A stretch of DNA of 64,000 nt from Vicinamibacterales bacterium (lineage in GTDB: Bacteria > Acidobacteriota > Vicinamibacteria > Vicinamibacterales > 2-12-FULL-66-21). Of this stretch, positions 58,219 through 64,000 are shown piece by piece. The notes below the pieces were generated by a model. The model worked only from the letters and a program-made list of their open reading frames with translations. It made no database searches and was not told the DNA's origin. A program made the translations under genes and the position numbers. Where the stretch lies: assembly GCA_036496585.1 (NCBI GenBank), contig DASXLB010000029.1, positions 1,535 to 65,534 of the forward strand. Direction: 5' to 3'. The number at the start of each line of letters is the position of its first letter. Position 1 is the stretch's first letter.

Positions 58219-59141
58219 GACACCGCTGCCTCTTCGATGATCAATGCCGGGCCGCCGCTGGTCACCACGTGTGCGCGGACCCCAAGCGGGAGTGTCAGGC
58301 AGGCGCCATTCGTGTGCCCCGACGGCAGGCCGAACAGCACCGGCCCGGGGAAGCCGTCCAGCAGGTCGCCGAGAATATCGCGGATCACGAGGCCGCCCGG
58401 CTGCGGCTCGTCGCAGCGCGGCAACTCACCGAAGACGATGGCCGACGCGCGCCCCAGCACGCCGGCGAATCGCAGCTGCGTCAGCATCCGGTCGATTCGA
58501 TACGGCCGCTCGGCGACCTCGTCGATGAAAAGGATGTGCCCGGCAGGCGGATCGAACGCATAGGGAGTGCCGAGCGACGCCGCGAGCTGCGTGAGCGTGC
58601 CGCCGACCAGGATACCGGCTGCCTCGCCGGCACGGATGGTCTCGACGGCGGAATGGGCGATGCGGCCGGGCGGTTCGGCGCGGGTCAGGACGCGGGCGAA
58701 GGTGTCGGGATCGTAGCCGGCGGGTCCCCTGGCCAGCCGGCCCTCGATCATTGGACCGTGAAACGATACGAGGCCGCAATGGCCGGTCAGCCACGTCAGC
58801 AGCGACGTATTGTCGCTATAGCCGATGAACGCCTTCGGCGTGCGGCGGAGATCGTCGATCGGCAGCCTGGGCAGCAGCTCTACGCTGCCGTAACCACCGC
58901 GAACGGCCAGCAGCGCGCGGATAGCCGGATCGCGCCACGCGTCCACGAAGGCGCGCGTGCGCAAGGCTGCGTCACCCGCGGTGTAGCGGGAGCGTGCGAA
59001 GACGCGCTCGTCGTAGACCGGCTCGTAGCCCAGCCGCCGCAGCTCGGCAACGCCCGCATCGAATTCCTCGCGCGAGAACGGGCTGGCCGGCGCGACGAGC
59101 GCGATCCGATCGCCTGGACGAAGCGCCGGCGGCTTCAGCAT
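58215..59141 (-). CDS. ldcA: Muramoyltetrapeptide LD-carboxypeptidase (peptidase S66)
   Basis: 308 aa. Motifs 'GDRIALVAPASP', 'RGGYGS' and 'IGYSDNTSL' (nucleophile Ser context). ATGA overlap with mpl. Confidence 0.88.
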   Translation of the reverse strand: MLKPPALRPGDRIALVAPASPFSREEFDAGVAELRRLGYEPVYDERVFARSRYTAGDAALRTRAFVDAWRDPAIRALLAVRGGYGSVELLPRLPIDDLRRTPKAFIGYSDNTSLLTWLTGHCGLVSFHGPMIEGRLARGPAGYDPDTFARVLTRAEPPGRIAHSAVETIRAGEAAGILVGGTLTQLAASLGTPYAFDPPAGHILFIDEVAERPYRIDRMLTQLRFAGVLGRASAIVFGELPRCDEPQPGGLVIRDILGDLLDGFPGPVLFGLPSGHTNGACLTLPLGVRAHVVTSGGPALIIEEAAVS

Positions 59142-59232
59142 CGCTGGATCACTCGGCCTTCGTCATACGCCATGCGTCGTTCGCCATTCGTCGTTCGTCG
59201 TTCGTCGTTCGAGCCGGCGTCGTTCGGCGGCC

Positions 59233-60336
59233 CTAAGCCAGCCTCGCCATTTCGGCGGCAACCGCCTGGTGTGCGTCGCGCCCGAGGATCGCGCGCAGCG
59301 CGGCCCCGGACGCCGGCCGCGGACGCGACGGTGTCAGGAAGCGCTCCTTGACACGGCCATGGCGCTTGAGCGCGTCCTCGACACGCTCGACACGCAGCTC
59401 CCCGTCCTCGACCGCGTGGATCACCGCTTCGAGCGCGGCCCCCTGTTCTTCGGCGTTCGGCGCACACATCAGCACCGCGTCGCAGCCGGCCGCGATGGCG
59501 CGGACGGTCGCTTCGCTGTGGCCGTAGCGGCCGCTGATCGCTTTCATCTCCAAATCGTCGCTCAGCACGAGGCCGTCGTAGCCCAGCTTCTTCTTCAGCA
59601 GCCCGTCGACAATCGCCGGCGACAGCGTGGCGGGGTTCTCCTCGTCGAGCGCGGGGATCAGGATGTGGGCCGTCATGATCGAGGCGACGCCGGCGGCGAT
59701 GGCCGCCTCGAACGGGACCAGTTCCACGGCCGCGAGGCGATCCGGCGGATGTTCGAGCAGCGGCAGCTCGTGATGCGAGTCGGTGCCGGTATCGCCGTGG
59801 CCCGGGAAATGCTTGCCGCAGGCGGCGATGCCGGCGCCCTGGAGCACGCGGATGATCACCGTGCCGAGGCGGGCCACGTCCTCGGCGCGATCCGAGAGCG
59901 CGCGGTCGCCGATCACGGGGTTGCGCGGGTTGGTGTGCACGTCGAGCACCGGAGTGTAGTCGAGCGAGATGCCGACCGCCTGCAGTTCCGCGGCGAGCGC
60001 CGCCGCGAACCGCTCCGCCAGCCGTTCGCGCTCCGCGGCGGCGGCGCGACCGAGCGTGATCATCGGCGGCCATTCCGTGAACGGACGCTTCAGCCGCGCA
60101 ACCCGGCCGCCTTCCTGATCGACGCTCACCCACAGCGGCGTGCCGGTGGCGAGCGCTTGCGCCTGTCGCGACAGGTCGGCTACCTGCTCCGGCGCGTCGA
60201 CGTTGCGGGCAAAGAAGATCACGCCGCCGATATCGAACTCGCGCGCCAGCGATCGCAGCTCCGCTGGAATATCGTGCCCGTCGAAGCCGACGATCGCGAG
60301 CTGCCCGACATGCCGCCTGAGATCGCGCATCGACAT
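59233..60336 (-). CDS. nagZ: Beta-N-acetylhexosaminidase (GH3, NagZ)
   Basis: 367 aa. Motifs 'VDQEGGRVARL', 'KHFPGHGDTGTDSHHELP' and 'VLSDDLEM'. Confidence 0.9.
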   Translation of the reverse strand: MSMRDLRRHVGQLAIVGFDGHDIPAELRSLAREFDIGGVIFFARNVDAPEQVADLSRQAQALATGTPLWVSVDQEGGRVARLKRPFTEWPPMITLGRAAAAERERLAERFAAALAAELQAVGISLDYTPVLDVHTNPRNPVIGDRALSDRAEDVARLGTVIIRVLQGAGIAACGKHFPGHGDTGTDSHHELPLLEHPPDRLAAVELVPFEAAIAAGVASIMTAHILIPALDEENPATLSPAIVDGLLKKKLGYDGLVLSDDLEMKAISGRYGHSEATVRAIAAGCDAVLMCAPNAEEQGAALEAVIHAVEDGELRVERVEDALKRHGRVKERFLTPSRPRPASGAALRAILGRDAHQAVAAEMARLA

Positions 60337-60381
60337 CGGGTAAGTCTATCCGATCGCATCTCGCTCCCCTGCACGTCCCGC

Positions 60382-61392
60382 ATGTATGATCCCGCCGTGC
60401 ACATCCACGCTTCGGCGCCGACGCGCATCGACCTCGCCGGCGGCACGCTCGACATCTGGCCGCTCTACCTGTTTCACGAGGGAGCGCAGACGCTCAACGC
60501 CGCGATCAGCCTGCGCGCCAGCTGCGACGTCCGCTCGCGCTCCGACCAGCGGCTGGTCATCGTGTCGGAGGACTCGGGCGAGCGCGTCGAGGTGGATCAC
60601 TGGTCGCAGCTGCGCAACACCCACGACCTCAAGTTGATCGGCAAGCTGCTGCACTACTTCCAGGCCGAAGGGCTCGAGTTGACGACCCGATCCGATTCTC
60701 CGGTCGGCGCCGGCATCGCCGGGTCCTCGGCGCTCAACATCGCGGTCTGCGGCGCGCTCAACGCCTGGACGGGCGGACACCGGTCGGCGGACGACATCTT
60801 CCTGATCGCGATGAACGTCGAGGCGCAGGCGATCGACGTTCCCACCGGCGCCCAGGACTATCGGCCGGCCTACTACGGAGGGATCTCGGCCGTGGAGCTC
60901 GGCGTCAACGGCGTCCGCCGCATCGGGCTCGACGTCGCCCCCGCCGAACTGCAGCAGCGGATCGCGCTGGCCTATACCAACGCCTCACGCAACTCCGGCA
61001 TCAACAACTGGGAAGTCACCAAGCGCCACATCGACGGCGACTCCGGCGTCCGGACCGCCTTCGACCGCATCCGCGACATTGCCGCCGCGATGCGGCTGGC
61101 GCTCGAACGCCGCGACTGGCCGGAGGTGGGACGCCAGATCGCCGCCGAGTGGGACAACCGCAAGGCGCTGGCTCCAGGGGTCACTACCGCCGGCATCGAC
61201 GCCATGCTCGCGGCCGCGGCCCAGGCCGGCGCGCTCGGCGGCAAGGTCTGTGGCGCCGGCGGCGGCGGCTGCCTGTTCTGCTTCGGCGATCCGGCCAACA
61301 TTCCCGCCATCCGTCAGGCGCTGCACGCATCTGGCGCGCAGGTGCTCGAGTTCACGATCGAAGCGCGCGGCCTGCTGATCGACACGCTCTGA
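60382..61392 (+). CDS. GHMP-family sugar kinase (heptose/fucose-kinase-like)
   Basis: ATG is at 60382; the upstream part of the track ORF is antisense to nagZ. Motifs: 'SAPTRIDLAGGTLDIWPLY', the GHMP motif II 'PVGAGIAGSSALNIAV', and the C-terminal 'KVCGAGGGGCLF'. Confidence 0.8.
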   Translation: MYDPAVHIHASAPTRIDLAGGTLDIWPLYLFHEGAQTLNAAISLRASCDVRSRSDQRLVIVSEDSGERVEVDHWSQLRNTHDLKLIGKLLHYFQAEGLELTTRSDSPVGAGIAGSSALNIAVCGALNAWTGGHRSADDIFLIAMNVEAQAIDVPTGAQDYRPAYYGGISAVELGVNGVRRIGLDVAPAELQQRIALAYTNASRNSGINNWEVTKRHIDGDSGVRTAFDRIRDIAAAMRLALERRDWPEVGRQIAAEWDNRKALAPGVTTAGIDAMLAAAAQAGALGGKVCGAGGGGCLFCFGDPANIPAIRQALHASGAQVLEFTIEARGLLIDTL

Positions 61393-61451
61393 TCGCGGCC
61401 GACGACGCATGCCAGGCGCTCATCAAATGACGACCGCAGAACCATCGAGGT

Positions 61452-62729
61452 TTGTTTCAGCCCGTGGATAACCGCTCGATTGCGCGCGTCTTGAAGGAGA
61501 TCGCCGACCTCCTCGAAATCAAGGACGACAACCCGTTCAAGATTCGGGCCTACCGCGCCGCCGCGGAGACGGTCGGCGACGAACCCGATCCGATCGACGC
61601 GATGACGCCGCAGGCGCGGCTGGCGCTGCCAGGGATTGGCAAGGACCTCGCCGCCAAGATCGGCGAGCTGATCCAGACCGGCTCGATCGCCTATCACCAG
61701 CAGCTGCTCCAGGCATTCCCGTCAACGCTGCTCGACGTCCTCCGTCTGTCCGGCATCGGGCCGAAGACCGTGGCCCGTCTCTATCGCGAGATCGGCGTCA
61801 GTTCGCTCGACGATCTCGAGCGCGCCGCGCACGACGGACGGCTCCGCCGGATGAGCGGCATGGGGCTGAGGAAGGAAGCGCAGATTCTCAAGGCGCTCGA
61901 GCAGCGCCGCCGACAGCAGAACGGCGGGCTCTTCAGCAACGTCGACGACATCGCCGCGGCCCTCGACGCCGAACTGGCCGGCGCGGGGCCGCCGCTCGTC
62001 ACCGTCGCGGATCTGCGCGGCGACGTCCACTGCCACACGACCGCCACCGACGGCCGCGACACCATCGAGGCGATGGCGCGCGCCGCGCAAGCGGCCGGCC
62101 TCGAGTACCTGGCGGTGACGGATCACAGCCAGTCGCTGGCCATGGCCAACGGCCTCGACGAGCGCGGCGTCGACGCGCACGTCCGCGCGATTCGCGAAGT
62201 CGGCGCGCGCCTCGACGGCTTCACGCTGCTCGCCGGCATCGAGTGCGACATCCGCGCCGACGGCACGATGGATCTCGCCGACGACTGCCTCGCCGGGCTC
62301 GACATCGTCAACGCGTCGATCCACTCCGGCTTCTCCCAGGATCCGGCCCGCATGACCGATCGCCTGCTGCGGGCGATCGCCTGTCCGTGGGTCGACGTGC
62401 TCGCCCATCCGCTGGGGCGCCGGCTCTTCAAGCGTGAAGGGCACCAGGGGGACATGGACGTCGTGTTCGCGGCGGCGGCCACGGCCGGCGTGGCCATGGA
62501 GATCAACGCCCAGATCGAGCGGCTGGATCTCGACGAGACGCACGCGGGCCGGGCGCACGCCGCCGGCGTCGCGATCACCATCAGCTCCGACGCCCACAGC
62601 ACGCTCGCGCTCGGCGGCCTGCGATGGGGCGTCGCCGTCGGACGCCGCGCAGGGCTCGCGCCCGTCGACGTGATCAACACACGTTCTGTGCAAGAATTCA
62701 GGGCGTCGCTCCGCCGCCAGCGCAACTGA
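61452..62729 (+). CDS. Truncated PolX-family protein: 8-kDa/HhH fingers region fused directly to a PHP domain (palm/thumb missing)
   Basis: The N-terminus is 'NRSIARVLKEIADLLEIKDDNPFKIRAYRAAAETV'. HhH motifs: 'LPGIGKDLAAKI', 'LSGIGPKTVARL' and 'MSGMGLRKEAQIL'. About 40 aa later the PHP domain begins ('DLRGDVHCHTTATDG', 'LAVTDHS'). The start is TTG 61452 or GTG 61464. Confidence 0.78.
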   Translation: MFQPVDNRSIARVLKEIADLLEIKDDNPFKIRAYRAAAETVGDEPDPIDAMTPQARLALPGIGKDLAAKIGELIQTGSIAYHQQLLQAFPSTLLDVLRLSGIGPKTVARLYREIGVSSLDDLERAAHDGRLRRMSGMGLRKEAQILKALEQRRRQQNGGLFSNVDDIAAALDAELAGAGPPLVTVADLRGDVHCHTTATDGRDTIEAMARAAQAAGLEYLAVTDHSQSLAMANGLDERGVDAHVRAIREVGARLDGFTLLAGIECDIRADGTMDLADDCLAGLDIVNASIHSGFSQDPARMTDRLLRAIACPWVDVLAHPLGRRLFKREGHQGDMDVVFAAAATAGVAMEINAQIERLDLDETHAGRAHAAGVAITISSDAHSTLALGGLRWGVAVGRRAGLAPVDVINTRSVQEFRASLRRQRN

Positions 62730-62756
62730 CGCGACGGTCAGCGCCAATCGAGGACC

Positions 62757-62945
62757 ATGAGCTCCGACCAGATCGCCGAAATCCGACGGCTGTACTTCGG
62801 CGCAACCGCCGCGACGATTCAGCGGGACATCGAGCGCGCGATCGACATCCTCAAGACGCTGAAAGACGACGCCGAGCGGAGCAGGGCGGCGGTGTTCATG
62901 GAAGGACTGAACGAGATGCGGAAGGAGTGGAAGGGAAAATGCTAG
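62757..62945 (+). CDS. Hypothetical 62-aa helical protein
   Basis: ATG start. Sequence begins 'MSSDQIAEIRRLYFGATAATIQRDIERAIDILKTLKDDAERSRAAVFMEGL...'. The composition is less GC-biased than that of shadow ORFs. No family was recognised. Confidence 0.4.
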   Translation: MSSDQIAEIRRLYFGATAATIQRDIERAIDILKTLKDDAERSRAAVFMEGLNEMRKEWKGKC

Positions 62946-63721
62946 GCCTTGCCCTTGCTGACAATCTTCCGCGCCAGCACCCGAAGACCCTCCTGCACGT
63001 TGCGATCGGTCGTCAGCGTCTTCAGATCACGCTCGTGCAGCCGGTGCAGCAGCTGCATCGAGATGGCCGGCGGCGTCTTCGGATGCCGGCACACCCCGGC
63101 CAGGATGCCGTAGTTCTTCAGCCAGCCGCGGTTGGTGGCGATCGTGCGCATCGTGTCCTCGGACACATTGCCCATCTTGGTAAACGCTTCTACCTCGGCG
63201 TGGTTCAGCTTGGGGCTGCTCAACACCGCGGCGGCGACGAGGCGGTTCGTGTCCCGCACGAGCTGTGCGCGCTGTTCGCGCGAGCCTTTCATGGCCAGCT
63301 TCACGCGTTCGATGACCGGCAGCGACGACAACAGCTTGCGTACGTCCTCCCCTTCCCCGTCAGGGGCCTTGGGAAGCTCCGCCAGCGTGTCGAGCAATGG
63401 ATCGTCGCCAGCGGCGGATGCGCCAGCGGCGCCGGTTTCCACGACGACGCCGCGCGCGGCGAAAAACTCCCTGGTCTCTCGCGGGACGTCCGATCGGCCG
63501 AGAAACGCGGCCAGCGGTTCGCGCGGCAGCGCGTCAAGCGTCGCGGCGGTGGCGCGTGCGATGTCGGGATCGGCATCGTCGGCGAGCAGCACCAGCAGGG
63601 CGAGCTGTTCGTGGGCGCGAGGCGCCAGGGCTCCCTGGGCGGCGAGCAGCCGGACGTCGCGGGCCACTTCGCCGCGGCGGAAGAAGTCGATGAGCGGCGA
63701 CCGAAAGCCTGGATCCGGCAC
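62942..63721 (-). CDS. Hypothetical helical-repeat (HEAT/LRV-like) protein
   Basis: 259 aa. The C-terminal half, 'SPKLNHAEVEAFTKMGNVSEDTMRTIATNRGWLKNYGILAGVCRHPKTPPAISMQLL', looks like short helical repeats. No enzymatic motif is present. Confidence 0.55.
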   Translation of the reverse strand: MPDPGFRSPLIDFFRRGEVARDVRLLAAQGALAPRAHEQLALLVLLADDADPDIARATAATLDALPREPLAAFLGRSDVPRETREFFAARGVVVETGAAGASAAGDDPLLDTLAELPKAPDGEGEDVRKLLSSLPVIERVKLAMKGSREQRAQLVRDTNRLVAAAVLSSPKLNHAEVEAFTKMGNVSEDTMRTIATNRGWLKNYGILAGVCRHPKTPPAISMQLLHRLHERDLKTLTTDRNVQEGLRVLARKIVSKGKA

Positions 63722-63792
63722 TAGGAACCTGGCGACCGATCCGGCCCGAACGACTGGCGACTGCAGCGTGCCAACGAAACGGTCTCCTCTCT

Positions 63793-64000
63793 TCAGCGCA
63801 CGAACTGATCGACCGTCGCGGCCGTCAATCGCACCGTCCTGACCTGCCCTGGAGCGCCGAGCGATCGTCCCGGCCTGCCGTTGATCGTATATGAAAAGAC
63901 GCCGGCGTCTCCGACCTCGACGATCGCTTCCCTGGCGATATCCACCGATTCCTTCTGCCCGGCGCTCAACACGCGGGCGAACACCTTCCTGCCGTCGGCG
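63793..64000 (-). CDS. C-terminal DUF4115-like (RodZ-type) domain; the gene continues beyond the window end
   Basis: The frame stays open to the window edge. The segment 'KVFARVLSAGQKESVDIAREAIVEVGDAGVFSYTINGRPGRSLGAPGQVRTVRL' matches the RodZ C-terminal pattern (G.AG.....NG.....G..G.V). Confidence 0.6.
   Translation of the reverse strand, partial: ADGRKVFARVLSAGQKESVDIAREAIVEVGDAGVFSYTINGRPGRSLGAPGQVRTVRLTAATVDQFVR

Noticed and set aside
59187-59211. TTCGTCG heptamer x3.6 between nagZ and ldcA
   Set aside because: It is a short simple repeat in a 91-bp spacer with no associated structure or ORF. It is probably slippage noise, and I do not consider it a functional element without further data.

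Overview
GC-rich bacterial chromosomal segment. Third codon positions are almost all G/C, which produces many long spurious antisense ORFs in the six-frame track. The gene content points to a diderm, probably Acidobacteriota-like: an ADOP-type duplicated FtsX/MacB permease, Kdo/LPS genes, pilMNOPQ and Tat-exported TIM-barrel enzymes. This taxonomy is inference only. I support about 60 CDS, one tRNA-Ala(CGC), and several repeats and candidate regulatory sites.

Layout, left to right:
- sdhA (3' end) and sdhB.
- A 965-aa secreted adhesin-like protein with five near-identical 285-bp Ig-domain repeats.
- mdh, icd, serA.
- kdsB-pyrG-kdsA-kdsD-kdsC-lapB.
- coaE, folD, a 2TM/RCK K+ channel, an APC permease and thiE.
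- A long minus-strand run: pilMNOPQ, two lipoproteins, a TPR protein, pepP, accB, accC.
- rplM-rpsI-rpsB-tsf-pyrH-frr-thrC.
- A PQQ dehydrogenase, a triheme cytochrome c and a Tat TIM-barrel enzyme.
- tRNA-Ala.
- An accessory-looking stretch at 40.9-50.5 kb: a wHTH regulator with a truncated LptF/G-like permease, a secreted DinB, a pseudokinase/ER-K-helix/PEGA membrane protein, a degenerate PolX-PHP, lolA and a lipidated TPR-secretin.
- A minus-strand run: nagZ, ldcA, mpl, pxpB, pxpC, ADOP permease, murB, murA.
- A GHMP kinase, a second truncated PolX-PHP, and small or hypothetical genes ending in a RodZ-like fragment.

Most of the window is housekeeping. I saw no CRISPR array, integrase, transposase or recognisable defence system. 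The most interesting items are:
- the pseudokinase/ER-K/PEGA protein and its co-directional envelope neighbours;
- the two complementary degenerate PolX-PHP paralogs;
- the orphan liposecretin overlapping lolA;
- the uncharacterised lipoprotein genes appended to pilQ;
- a REP-like hairpin repeat cluster.

All homology statements are motif recognition by eye; no search was run.
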